A stretch of DNA of 44,193 nt, from positions 1 to 44,193 of the forward strand of contig DATFIX010000311.1 in assembly GCA_035269625.1 (NCBI GenBank). The letters are read 5' to 3'. The stretch comes from Natrialbaceae archaeon. Lineage in GTDB: Archaea > Halobacteriota > Halobacteria > Halobacteriales > Natrialbaceae. Numbering within the stretch: position 1 is the first letter of the stretch; each line of letters opens with the position of its first letter. Both the position numbers and the translations under genes were made by a program. Shown piece by piece: positions 28,047 through 36,273 of the stretch. The notes beneath the pieces were generated by a model that worked only from the letters and a program-made list of their open reading frames with translations, was not told the DNA's origin and did no database searches.

Positions 28047-30016
28047 ATCGAGCGGACGTCCAAGCCTCGGCGTTCGAGCGCGGCCAGGGCATCCGGAACG
28101 TCACCGTCTTCGATCACGTCGAACGCGGTGAGGCGGGCGTCGTAGGGGTACTCGCGGCTGGTTGCCATCTCGTAGAACCCCGGACCGAGGTCGCGAAGTT
28201 CGACGGTTTCGACGTCGCGATCGGCGACTGCCGCGTAGAGCGCGTGATACGCGCCGACCCCCTCGCCGACGAGGGTCGTTTTCTCGTTTCCAGTGGCCTC
28301 CCGAACGAATTCGAGCGCCCGAAGCACGTCGTAGATCCGCATCCCGAACAGCGAGGTGCCGAGAAGCAGTGCGTCGTAGGCGAGTTTGAACTCGGTGCCG
28401 TAGATCCCGTCGTACTCGTCTACCCAGGCCGGGATGGGGATTTCCCGGTTTCGAACCGCCCCGACGCCCCGTGGGTCGAAGACGAAGACGGTCCCGTAGT
28501 CGGCGGCGAGCGCGGCGACCTCGTCGCGGCGTTCGGGCAGTTCCTCGGTCCCATCCTCGTACAGGGCGACGGCCGGGGATCGGGGCGGAACGTCCGGGTC
28601 CGAAACGAGCACCCCCGTCACCACGACGTCGGGATTTCGTTCGGTCTTGAAGAAAACGTGCTCCACGTCGAGGCCGTCGTTCTCGCGGTGCGAAACGTAT
28701 CGCGGATGCAGGTCGCACGTCGTTCGATCGAGGTCGAAGGTCTCCACGACCCCCTGTCGGACCCGTTCGGGGGCCGTCTCGGCGTCGATCGATTCCTGTC
28801 CCGCGTCGGGGTACCGGTCGGTGACGTACTCTCGAATCAGGTCGTCGATCGACCGTTCCCCCGGGAACGCCGCCCGAACGCTCCCCTCGGGCGTACAGTG
28901 AAGTTCCGTTTCGTCGAGAACCGGCAGTTCCTCGTGGGACTCGAACGGCGCGTCCCCCAGACGATCGCAGAACCACTCGAAGACACCGTCCCCGAGTTCG
29001 TAGACGGAGCAGTGGGGTTCGTCGGCGACGTGGATGGCGACGTTCTCCTCGGCGTCGTACAGGTCGTAGCTCCGGCGTGCACGCTCGGCGGTCTCGTGGA
29101 GGCCCTCGATGGGGAAGTACTCGTCCCAGGCGGCCGCGCCGACCAGGACGGGCCGGGGCGCCATCGCAGTCACGAAGTCGTCGAAGTTGATCCCTTGGGG
29201 AATCGCCCCGGGAAGGAGCTGTTCGGCGTCGATCCGCTTGCCAGTCCGGAGCCACTCCGAGCGTTCGGTGACCGCACAGCACGGCGCGGCGGTGTCGATA
29301 CGGTCGTCTACCAGCGACAGGTACAGTGTCTGTATCCCACCGCCAGAGGCACCCGTGACGCCGATCCGGTCCGGATCCACGTCGTCGCGTTCGACCAGGA
29401 CGTCCAGGCCGCGGCGCGCGTCGTGGATCACGTACCGGGCGAGGTTGGTCCCGGCGTAGAGACACTGCTGTCCGGCGTAGCAGTGGGCGAACACCCCACC
29501 GCCGCCGCCCACGATCGTCTCGCCCGTCTCGGGATCGCGATACTGGCGCCGTTCCCCCTGACCGATCGGGTCGAGAACGAGGACGACGAACCCGTTCAGG
29601 GCCAGTTCGATCGCCGCGCGCTGGTTGTACGGATCCGCCTTCGCGGCCTGGACGTGGCCGCAGAGAAAGAGCACCGCCGGGTGCGGCCCGTCGTCGTCGG
29701 GGACGTAGGCGTTCGCGGTGACGTGAAACCCCGGGCGACTCTCGAACGTCAGGCGTTCGATCGAGTATCCGTCGCGCTCAAACGTACCCCGCCTCTCGAT
29801 CGACGGTTCCGCCGGTCGATCAGGGAGGCCACCGATGGTGGCCAGGAACGTTTCGCGAACCTGCTCGCGGCGCGCTTCGAACTCCGGGACCGAATCGACC
29901 GACTCCTTTTCGGCGCGTTCGTCCGCGAATCCATCGGCCGCTCGTTCGCGGAGATAGTTCGACAACTGGTTTGCGACGTCGTAATAGCCGTTTACTGCGT
30001 CCCCGAATCCGTTCAC
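28037..30016 (-). CDS. Alpha/beta hydrolase family protein (acetyl-xylan-esterase/dienelactone-hydrolase-like)
   Basis: PAVLFLCGH, nucleophile elbow IGVTGASGGG, 659 aa. Its 3' end overlaps the convergent gene by 10 nt. Confidence 0.75.
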   Translation of the reverse strand: MNGFGDAVNGYYDVANQLSNYLRERAADGFADERAEKESVDSVPEFEARREQVRETFLATIGGLPDRPAEPSIERRGTFERDGYSIERLTFESRPGFHVTANAYVPDDDGPHPAVLFLCGHVQAAKADPYNQRAAIELALNGFVVLVLDPIGQGERRQYRDPETGETIVGGGGGVFAHCYAGQQCLYAGTNLARYVIHDARRGLDVLVERDDVDPDRIGVTGASGGGIQTLYLSLVDDRIDTAAPCCAVTERSEWLRTGKRIDAEQLLPGAIPQGINFDDFVTAMAPRPVLVGAAAWDEYFPIEGLHETAERARRSYDLYDAEENVAIHVADEPHCSVYELGDGVFEWFCDRLGDAPFESHEELPVLDETELHCTPEGSVRAAFPGERSIDDLIREYVTDRYPDAGQESIDAETAPERVRQGVVETFDLDRTTCDLHPRYVSHRENDGLDVEHVFFKTERNPDVVVTGVLVSDPDVPPRSPAVALYEDGTEELPERRDEVAALAADYGTVFVFDPRGVGAVRNREIPIPAWVDEYDGIYGTEFKLAYDALLLGTSLFGMRIYDVLRALEFVREATGNEKTTLVGEGVGAYHALYAAVADRDVETVELRDLGPGFYEMATSREYPYDARLTAFDVIEDGDVPDALAALERRGLDVRSIQS

Positions 30017-30094
30017 GATATCCGGGGATTGTGACGGTCTCCGGAATAATTGTTCGGGAGCCGTGAACGATGGTGCCGATACTGGAGAACCGGA

Positions 30095-30307
30095 TCACTC
30101 CGCCCAGCGAATCGCCTCGATGGATTGTCCGTCCTCGGCAGCGACCACCGTTCCGACCCGTTCCCCGTCTGTCCGCGCTTCGACGTCGATTCGCTCGTAG
30201 CCCTCGGTGACGACGGCGCGGACGTCGGCCTCCAGGTCGTCTGCCTCTTCGACGCCGAGGCGGTTCCGGCCGCCGATCTCGCGCACCACGATTGGGTACT
30301 CCGGCAT
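30095..30307 (-). CDS. Small hypothetical acidic protein (70 aa)
   Basis: High-GC3 ORF MPEYPIVVREIGGRNRLGVEEADDLEADVRAVVTEGYERIDVEARTDGE... ATG at 30307 is preferred over the TTG at 30340. Confidence 0.45.
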   Translation of the reverse strand: MPEYPIVVREIGGRNRLGVEEADDLEADVRAVVTEGYERIDVEARTDGERVGTVVAAEDGQSIEAIRWAE

Positions 30308-30405
30308 AGATTCGATCGAACGTACGGCGATCGTCGCCAAGTGCCTGTCGAGGTCGCGTCGGTGGGGTCGTGGTACGACCGGTTTCGGAAAGGTGACTCG
30401 GCGGC

Positions 30406-31233
30406 TCAGGCTTCGACGAGTCGTTCGATGCGCTCCCGAAGCGGACCGGGATTCGCCTCGCGGAGACCGGCGATGGCGTCACGGAACGCGATCGAGTAGC
30501 TCGCCGGGCCGTGATACTCCCCGAAGTCGCCCGCCGCGGCAGCCTCGCCCGCCAGTCCAAAGGCGGCGGTGCCCAGCAGCGCCGCTTGCTCGGTGTGGTC
30601 GATGGCACCAGCCATCGTCGCCAGTGTCCCACCTTGCATACAGCCGGTTCCGACGACGGTACCCATCATCTCGTGGCCGGCGCGGACCTCGAAAGCCGCC
30701 TCGGGAGTCGCGACGACGTCGGTTTCGCCCGAGGCCACGACGACCGTCTCGTACTCGCGGGCGCAGGCGATCGCGGTCTCGGCGATGTCGCCGTACTCGC
30801 CGACCGACTCGACGCCACGAACCGCCGCGTCCTCGCCCGCCAGGGCCGCGATCTCGCCGTGGTTCCCGTTGACTATCGCCACGTCGAGTTCGCTTGCCAG
30901 GCGCTCGGCCACGCGGTCGCGCGTCGACGTCGCGCCCACGCCGACGGGGTCGAGCACGACCGGGACGCCCGCGTCGTTGGCGGCGTTCCCGGCTGCTATC
31001 ATCGTCGCTTCGCCGTCCTCGCTAACGGTGCCCATGTTGAGCAGCAGGGACTGGGCGCCGGCGACCATGTCCGCGACCTCCCGTTCGTCGTCGGACATCA
31101 CCGGGAGTCCGCCCCAGTGGAGAATCACCTGGGCGACGTCGTTGACGGTCACCTCGTTCGTGATGGCGTTCACCAGCGGGGAGGTCTCCTCGATCGCCGC
31201 CAGGTCGGTCAGGTCGACGTCGAAGGCACTCAT
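30406..31233 (-). CDS. thiM: Hydroxyethylthiazole kinase
   Basis: PLVNAITNEVTVNDVAQVILHWGGLPVMS...LLLNMGT...VVLDPVGVGAT...IVNGNHGEIAAL...GTGCM. Start at MSAFDVDL, overlapping the thiE stop (ATGA). Confidence 0.9.
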   Translation of the reverse strand: MSAFDVDLTDLAAIEETSPLVNAITNEVTVNDVAQVILHWGGLPVMSDDEREVADMVAGAQSLLLNMGTVSEDGEATMIAAGNAANDAGVPVVLDPVGVGATSTRDRVAERLASELDVAIVNGNHGEIAALAGEDAAVRGVESVGEYGDIAETAIACAREYETVVVASGETDVVATPEAAFEVRAGHEMMGTVVGTGCMQGGTLATMAGAIDHTEQAALLGTAAFGLAGEAAAAGDFGEYHGPASYSIAFRDAIAGLREANPGPLRERIERLVEA

Positions 31234-31886
31234 GGCTGGACCTCCCGTTCCTGCTTGCCGTCGCGGACGGCGCGTCCGAGGTCGCGGGTCGCCGCCTCGG
31301 GATCGTCCGCGGCGGTGATGGCGCTGATGACGGCCACCCCGTCCGCGCCCGCCCGCACGACCTCGGGGGCGTTCTCTGGAGCGATCCCGCCGATACCGAC
31401 GATGGGAATCTCCACGGCGTCGGCGATGGCCCGGACGGGACCGAGACCGATGTCGTACTCGTCGTCGTCGATGTCGTCCTTCGAATCGGTGGCGAAGACC
31501 GCACCGACGCCCAGGTAGTCCGCCCCGGCCCGTTCCGCCTCGCGGGCGCCCTCGACCGTCGACACCGACCGGCCGACCATCGCGTCCTCGCCCAGCTGTT
31601 CGCGGGCATCCGGAACGGGGAGGTCCTCGTCGCCGAGGTGGACGCCGTCGGCGTCGGCCGCCACCGCCACGTCCACGCGGTCGTTGACGATCAACGGAAC
31701 GCCGGCGTCCCCGGTTGGTTCCCGCAATTCGCGCGCGATCCGGAGCTGTTCGCGAGCGCCGGCGTCCTTCTCCCGAACCTGGACCACGTCGACGCCGCCC
31801 GCGATGGCCGCCTCGACGACGTCGGTCGTCGTTCGATCCCGCGAGAGACTCTCCTGGGTGACGAGGTACGTTTCGATCCCGTTCAT
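31230..31886 (-). CDS. thiE: Thiamine-phosphate synthase
   Basis: YLVTQ...VDVVQVREKD...LIVNDRVDVAVAADADGVHLGDEDLP...GRSVST...ADYLGVGAVFAT.SK...GIGGI. Confidence 0.9.
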   Translation of the reverse strand: MNGIETYLVTQESLSRDRTTTDVVEAAIAGGVDVVQVREKDAGAREQLRIARELREPTGDAGVPLIVNDRVDVAVAADADGVHLGDEDLPVPDAREQLGEDAMVGRSVSTVEGAREAERAGADYLGVGAVFATDSKDDIDDDEYDIGLGPVRAIADAVEIPIVGIGGIAPENAPEVVRAGADGVAVISAITAADDPEAATRDLGRAVRDGKQEREVQP

Positions 31887-31891
31887 ACCCA

Positions 31892-31916
31892 GGTATTATT
31901 TCTCGGTAATAATACC
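31892..31916. promoter_or_regulatory. Perfect 9-bp inverted repeat (GGTATTATT-N7-AATAATACC) over the thiE core promoter; candidate operator and TATA box
   Basis: Read directly from the sequence. It lies 6-30 nt upstream of the thiE ATG (31886). The A/T-rich distal arm sits where a TATA box would be for a leaderless or short-leader transcript. Confidence 0.5.
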
Positions 31917-32048
31917 GCTGGCGGTTCCGGTTGGTCGGGGAATACGACGCCAGGGTCGGCTTCCGATGAAACGACCCGCCTACTGCCCGCATTGGAATTG
32001 AAACCCGAATAGCTGGACTTAAGTCTCCGAGTGCGCGACGAGTTGACA

Positions 32049-32486
32049 ATGGTCGAGATTCCGGACACGCTACGTTCAGTCTTCAGTGCAACGGTTCGCG
32101 AACGCGATGGCAAATACGTCGTCGAGATACCGGCCAGCGAAATCGAGCACGAGGCCGTCGACGTTGGGGGATCCTATCGGGTTGCGATCCTCGAGCAGGC
32201 CGAACCGACGACAGAAGTGGAAACGGAGGCGCCGTCGCAGTCCCCCACTCCACGTAACGAGGATCGCGACGGACCACCGCAACCGCCGGTCGAGGAAGGT
32301 GAAATTCGCGACGTGACGATCGAGACCGTGGGGGACCAGGGCGACGGCATCGCCAAGGTCGAACGGGGCTACGTCGTCATCGTTCCGGGTGCGGGTCCGG
32401 GAGACGAACCCACCGTGGAGATCGAAACGGTCAGACAGAACGTCGGGTTCGCCAGCGTGGTCGAAGACGACTCGCGACGGGTCTGA
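32049..32486 (+). CDS. TRAM domain-containing protein
   Basis: C-terminal GEIRDVTIETVGDQGDGIAKVERGYVVIVPGAGPGDEPTVEIETVRQNVGFASVV matches the TRAM fold pattern. ATG at 32049 is preferred over the GTG at 32031. Confidence 0.75.
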   Translation: MVEIPDTLRSVFSATVRERDGKYVVEIPASEIEHEAVDVGGSYRVAILEQAEPTTEVETEAPSQSPTPRNEDRDGPPQPPVEEGEIRDVTIETVGDQGDGIAKVERGYVVIVPGAGPGDEPTVEIETVRQNVGFASVVEDDSRRV

Positions 32487-32585
32487 GACTATCTTCGTCC
32501 CCGTTTCCTTGGACCAATTTCCTCGAGCCTGGAAAACCTGAGTAGTCCTGTGAGAGTCTGTGCCCCTCGGTTGGAACTCACCGAC

Positions 32586-33296
32586 CTACCCGAATAGCCG
32601 ACCGAGGTCGATCGTCGGTCGAACCTCGGCCTCCAATCGGTCCAGCGCGTCCCAGAGCGTCGCCTGGTTGCTCGTGACGACCGGTTTGTCGAGTTCCCGC
32701 TCCAGTTCGGGGATGATATCGAAGGTGCGATAATTGGTACAGGAGATGAACACCGCGTCCGCGTCCGGATCGTCGACGTTGCGGGCGGCGTCTGCTGCCG
32801 TTTGGGGATCCTGGGCGCCGATCTCGGTATTCGAACTGAGACCGAGACCGTCGATGGCGACGACGTCGTACCCGGCCGCCTCGAGAAATTCGGCTTCCCG
32901 CCGGTTGAGATCCTCGATATAGGGCGTCGTCACGGCGACGGAATCGACGTCGAGGACGTCGAACGCGCGCTTGATCGACGCTGCCGTGGCGACCGCCGGG
33001 ACGCCGGCCTCCGCCTCGAGACGCGCCTCGATGTCCTCGTCGTAGCCGGGACCGTGGACGAGACTGCCGGTCGTACAGCCGTACGCGACCACGTCGACCT
33101 CGGCCGACGCAAGGAGACTGGCACACTCCGTTGCGTCGTCGGCCATGGCGGACAGCGATTCGGCATCGACGTCGGCGAGTCGCATTCGCGACGCGTGAAG
33201 CGAGACGCCATCGGGCAGTGCCCTGGCGAACTCGGGTTCGTTGGTCGTGTTGGACGAGGGGACGACGAGACCCACGCGGCCGTCTTTGCCGTACAT
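32586..33296 (-). CDS. Asp/Glu/hydantoin racemase superfamily protein (maleate isomerase/arylmalonate decarboxylase-like)
   Basis: RVGLVVPSSNTTNEPEF, with two catalytic Cys motifs: AYGCTTGS and FISCTNYRT. Start at MYGKDGR. Confidence 0.8.
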   Translation of the reverse strand: MYGKDGRVGLVVPSSNTTNEPEFARALPDGVSLHASRMRLADVDAESLSAMADDATECASLLASAEVDVVAYGCTTGSLVHGPGYDEDIEARLEAEAGVPAVATAASIKRAFDVLDVDSVAVTTPYIEDLNRREAEFLEAAGYDVVAIDGLGLSSNTEIGAQDPQTAADAARNVDDPDADAVFISCTNYRTFDIIPELERELDKPVVTSNQATLWDALDRLEAEVRPTIDLGRLFG

Positions 33297-33418
33297 GGTT
33301 TGGAGTACCGAGTGAACAACACGCAAGCGCACACGAAAAGGGTTCTTAAGAATTCGAACGAACCTTTCACAAGCGTTCATACGACCGAGGGGCCCAACTG
33401 ACACCGCGGAGAAAACGA

Positions 33419-33961
33419 TCAGTCCGTCTGCTTGATGAGTACCTTCGAGACGCTTTCCTCGACCTCGACCTCGAACGGCAGGTCCGTCGTACTCCTGCGG
33501 ATGAACCGAGTCATGAACCACCGCATTTCCTTCGAGGGGAACACGACGTGATACGTGTCCTTTTCGAAATTCCGGACGGTGAGAAAGCCACAGATAGAAA
33601 GCCAGTCCAGCAGTTCTCCGATGTTATTGAACCGTTCCGCGTATTCCTTCGCATGGTACTCCGACACCCGATCTACGGCCTCCATGAACTCGTCGTCGGG
33701 TTCGTCGAGGTCGGTATTTCGGAGGAACGCGTGGAAAAAATCGATGTCGAGAAGGACGTGCTCCCCGCCCGAGAGCATCTGGTGATAGTCCGTCAGGTTT
33801 CCACCACTCTCGATCGAGGCCGCCACGTCGTAATTCGTCGCATAGAACTTCAGTGCGTCCCGCACGACGGAGCTTTTCCCGTTTTGGGTTCGTTTGACGA
33901 GATCGTCCAGAGCGTCGTTGGCGTCGTCATCCAAGGAAACCGTCACGCGCTCCTGAGTCAT
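33419..33961 (-). CDS. Ribbon-helix-helix (CopG-like) domain protein with a C-terminal domain of unknown function
   Basis: N-terminal RVTVSLDDDANDALDDLVKRTQNGKSSVVRDALKFY fits the RHH pattern. Visibly lower GC than the flanks. TATA-like TTTATG lies about 25-30 nt upstream of the ATG. Confidence 0.7.
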   Translation of the reverse strand: MTQERVTVSLDDDANDALDDLVKRTQNGKSSVVRDALKFYATNYDVAASIESGGNLTDYHQMLSGGEHVLLDIDFFHAFLRNTDLDEPDDEFMEAVDRVSEYHAKEYAERFNNIGELLDWLSICGFLTVRNFEKDTYHVVFPSKEMRWFMTRFIRRSTTDLPFEVEVEESVSKVLIKQTD

Positions 33962-34125
33962 ACGTCGATTTGGCGTTTGGGAGGCATAAAGATGCGGAAA
34001 GCAGGATGGACGAAATTTTTTGGAGAAACAATTTTCACGCTGTCAATTCTTCCCACCGGTTCACTCGGTTCCTGCGACTCGGGTTTACTCAGCCCTTCGC
34101 CCCACACCAGCGAATCGAGAACTTC

Positions 34126-34158
34126 TTCGCGAAAACGTGTTCCGGCAGGGATTTGAAC
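34126..34158 (-). repeat. Degenerate duplicate of the tRNA-Glu 3' end (21 nt) plus 12 nt of its 3' flank; att-like scar or tRNA pseudogene fragment
   Basis: 29/33 identical to 34240-34272 (offset 114 bp, same orientation). The 5' side of the T-stem is not conserved, so it cannot fold as a tRNA. Confidence 0.6.
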
Positions 34159-34251
34159 TCGCCCAGAAATGCTCGCTTCGCTGCGCCTTTCTGGTCTGCT
34201 CAAATCCACTGCATGTCGAATTCTCCGCTCACGATATTGTTCGCGGAGAAG

Positions 34252-34326
34252 TGCTCCGGCAGGGATTTGAACCCTGGTCCTTGCCGTGAGAGGGCAAGAT
34301 GATTGGCCGGACTACACCACCAGAGC
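34252..34326 (-). tRNA. tRNA-Glu (anticodon CUC)
   Basis: Minus-strand read: GCTCTGGTGGTGTAGTCCGGCCAATCATCTTGCCCTCTCACGGCAAGGACCAGGGTTCAAATCCCTGCCGGAGCA. The acceptor stem is 7 bp (one G-U pair). The anticodon loop is CUCUCAC. The T-loop is GTTCAAATC. No CCA is encoded. Confidence 0.9.
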
Positions 34327-34350
34327 GCATTCGGTGATTGTCCCTATCCC

Positions 34351-34358
34351 AATTTAAC
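34351..34358 (-). promoter_or_regulatory. TATA box candidate (TTAAAT) for tRNA-Glu
   Basis: The A/T hexamer lies 26-31 nt upstream of the tRNA 5' end on the minus strand. Confidence 0.4.
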
Positions 34359-34518
34359 CGTTGTGTTTTGGTGGTGCTGTGGTTCGGTTTGGCGAACCGA
34401 ACGTACTCCCGGAGTCGTTCCCACGATGGTCCCCGGGTGCCAGTGGACCTCGGCAGTCGAAGGACGTACTCCAAGGCGCGGCTGAAAGAATGTGAAACGC
34501 TCACCGTTTTCTCCCGCA

Positions 34519-34620
34519 GATTCATACGGCTGATGGGTGGAGTACACGTGGTTCTTAACTATTCTTTTTGCTGTTGATGGGTAACATGCGACTGGTTGTG
34601 AACGAATTGCTATGAACGAT
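34519..34620 (+). repeat. Copy A of a 102-bp direct repeat (promoter and leader module) upstream of pxpA
   Basis: Ungapped alignment with 37668-37769 gives 80/102 identical, and 52/58 in the core 34543-34600. Contains the A/T box TTCTTAACTATTCTTTTT and a 9-codon mini-ORF. Confidence 0.8.
34586..34615 (+). CDS. Conserved 9-codon mini-ORF (MRLVVNELL), candidate leaderless leader peptide
   Basis: The ATG lies about 27 nt downstream of the conserved TTAACTAT box. Its stop overlaps the next ATG (ATGA at 34612-34615). A positional homologue exists at 37735-37764. Confidence 0.3.
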   Translation: MRLVVNELL

Positions 34621-34740
34621 ATACCTCGATCCGGGCCAGGGTACCACTGGGAGGACACCGACGGAGCGGATTTCGAACCATCTCGTCGTGCCGACGGTCA
34701 CGATAGGTATAATCGGATGACAACTGAAGAGGTGAACTGA
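34612..34740 (+). CDS. 42-codon upstream ORF ending 1 nt before the pxpA ATG
   Basis: MNDIPRSGPGYHWEDTDGADFEPSRRADGHDRYNRMTTEEVN. Its ATG is positionally homologous to the NRAMP start codon in repeat copy B. GC3 is modest, so coding status is uncertain. Confidence 0.25.
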   Translation: MNDIPRSGPGYHWEDTDGADFEPSRRADGHDRYNRMTTEEVN

Positions 34741-34741
34741 G

Positions 34742-35515
34742 ATGACATCGGAATACGCGGTCGACCTGAACTGTGATCTGGGAGAGGGCTTCGGCGCGTA
34801 CAGTATCGAAATCGACGAAGCGGTGATGGAGACCATCTCGTCCGCCAACGTGGCCGCCGGGTTTCACGCGGGCGATCCGATGGAACTGGAGAACACGGTA
34901 GAATACGCGAAGAAATACGATACTGCGGTCGGTGCACATCCTGGCCTCCCTGATCTGCTGGGCTTCGGGCGACGGCAAATGGAGGTCACCACCGACGAGG
35001 TGAGAAACTACGTCACGTACCAGGTCGGTGCCGTTCGGGCGTTCTGTAACCGGGCCGGTGTCGAACTGCAGCACGTGAAGCCCCACGGAGCGCTGTACAA
35101 CATGGCCAGCAACGACGAGGCGGTCGCGACCGGGATCATTCAGGCGTTAGACGGGGTACCCGACAGTCCGTCACTGCTTGCCCTGTCGGGGTCGAAATTC
35201 GCGACCATGGCCGAAGCGGCGGGGCTGGACGTTCGCCACGAGGTGTTCGCCGACCGGGCGTATAACCCGGACGGGACGCTGGTGTCGAGGCGTCGGGACG
35301 GCGCGGTCATTCACGATCCCGATCGCCTGGCAGAGCGAGCCGTGAGAATGGTCAAAGAAGGGCAGGTGGAGACGATCGACGGGGAGACGCTGGAGCTCGA
35401 GGTCGACTCGATCTGCGTCCACGGCGACAGCGCCGAGGCGACTGAAAACGTCGCCCGATTGAGCGACGCGTTCGAGGAGGAGGGGATATCGATCGCGCCG
35501 TTGAGAGAGCTATGA
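34742..35515 (+). CDS. pxpA: 5-oxoprolinase subunit A (LamB/YcsF family)
   Basis: VDLNCDLGEGFGAY...ANVAAGFHAGDP...GAHPGLPDLLGFGRR...KPHGALYN...ICVHGD. SD-like AGAGGTGA lies 7 nt upstream. Confidence 0.9.
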   Translation: MTSEYAVDLNCDLGEGFGAYSIEIDEAVMETISSANVAAGFHAGDPMELENTVEYAKKYDTAVGAHPGLPDLLGFGRRQMEVTTDEVRNYVTYQVGAVRAFCNRAGVELQHVKPHGALYNMASNDEAVATGIIQALDGVPDSPSLLALSGSKFATMAEAAGLDVRHEVFADRAYNPDGTLVSRRRDGAVIHDPDRLAERAVRMVKEGQVETIDGETLELEVDSICVHGDSAEATENVARLSDAFEEEGISIAPLREL

Positions 35516-36273
35516 ACGAACGAACACAGTGGGCCGATTTGACGTTCAGGCCGATCGGGGACAAGGCGATCCTCGTCGAACTCACGCGCGAAATCGATCC
35601 CGAAACCAACAGGAAGGTACGGAACCTGTGGGCAGCGCTGGAAAAAGAGCCGATCGACGGGCTGGGTGAAATCGTCCCCGGATACTGTTCGCTGCTGGTC
35701 TATTACGACCCGTCCGAAATTCGTTCGGACGCGTTGCGAGCGGAGATCGAAGCCGTGGCGGGAAAGATCACGGAGATCGAACTCCCGCCCCCAAAGGTGT
35801 ATCACCTCCCCGTGCTGTACGGTGGCGAGATGGGTCCCGATCTCGATTTCGTGGCCGAAGAGAACGATCTCACGCCGCAGGCGGTCATCGACGTCCACAC
35901 GTCTAGGGAGTACCTGATCTACATGATCGGGTTCTCGCCTGGATTCCCCTATCTGGGCGGGATGTCGGAAGACATCGCCGCGCCCCGTCTGCCCGATCCA
36001 CGGACCGTGACGCCCGCCCGGTCGGTCGGCATTGCCGAAACCGAGACCGGCGTCTACCCTGTGGAAAGTCCGGGTGGCTGGCGGATCATCGGACGGACCC
36101 CGGTGGAACTCTTTACGCCGGAAGAGGATCCGCCCGTGCTCCTGGAAATGGGGGATTACGTGAAGTTTTACGAGATTTCCGCGGATCGATACGAGGAGAT
36201 CCGGGAAGCGGTCGAACAGGGGACCTACGAGGTAGAAATCACCGAACTGGAGGCCGAAACGCATGTCTATTGA
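35512..36273 (+). CDS. pxpB: 5-oxoprolinase subunit B (KipI/allophanate hydrolase subunit 1 family)
   Basis: FRPIGDKAILVEL...VPGYCSLLVYYDP...YMIGFSPGFPYLGG...TGVYPVESPGGWRIIGRTP. ATGA overlap with pxpA. Confidence 0.9.
   Translation: MNERTQWADLTFRPIGDKAILVELTREIDPETNRKVRNLWAALEKEPIDGLGEIVPGYCSLLVYYDPSEIRSDALRAEIEAVAGKITEIELPPPKVYHLPVLYGGEMGPDLDFVAEENDLTPQAVIDVHTSREYLIYMIGFSPGFPYLGGMSEDIAAPRLPDPRTVTPARSVGIAETETGVYPVESPGGWRIIGRTPVELFTPEEDPPVLLEMGDYVKFYEISADRYEEIREAVEQGTYEVEITELEAETHVY

Noticed and set aside
31887-32030. Possible TPP riboswitch in the thiE leader.
   Set aside because: Only a short GCCAGCG match is present. The conserved CUGAGA and ACCUGAUCUGGAUAAUGCC elements and the P1-P5 architecture are not recognisable, and the available leader is too short if transcription starts near the palindrome.
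33300-33390. Possible third, rearranged copy of the pxp/NRAMP repeat. GGTTCTTAAG, GTTCATACGA and TGGAGTAC motifs occur between the racemase-fold gene and the RHH gene.
   Set aside because: The short blocks occur in a different order and spacing from copies A and B, and no continuous alignment can be made. This may be shared binding-site words or coincidence, and needs a statistical motif scan before any claim.
34398-34472. 9-mer ACGTACTCC repeated at about 34400 and about 34463. Its complement also resembles GGAGTAC in repeat copy A.
   Set aside because: It is too short to exclude chance, as 7-mer matches are expected several times in 44 kb, and there is no clear pairing or spacing logic.
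34660-34682. GGATTTCGAACC, resembling a reverse-strand tRNA T-arm.
   Set aside because: It has one extra base relative to the T-loop consensus and no flanking cloverleaf, and it sits inside the 42-codon upstream ORF.
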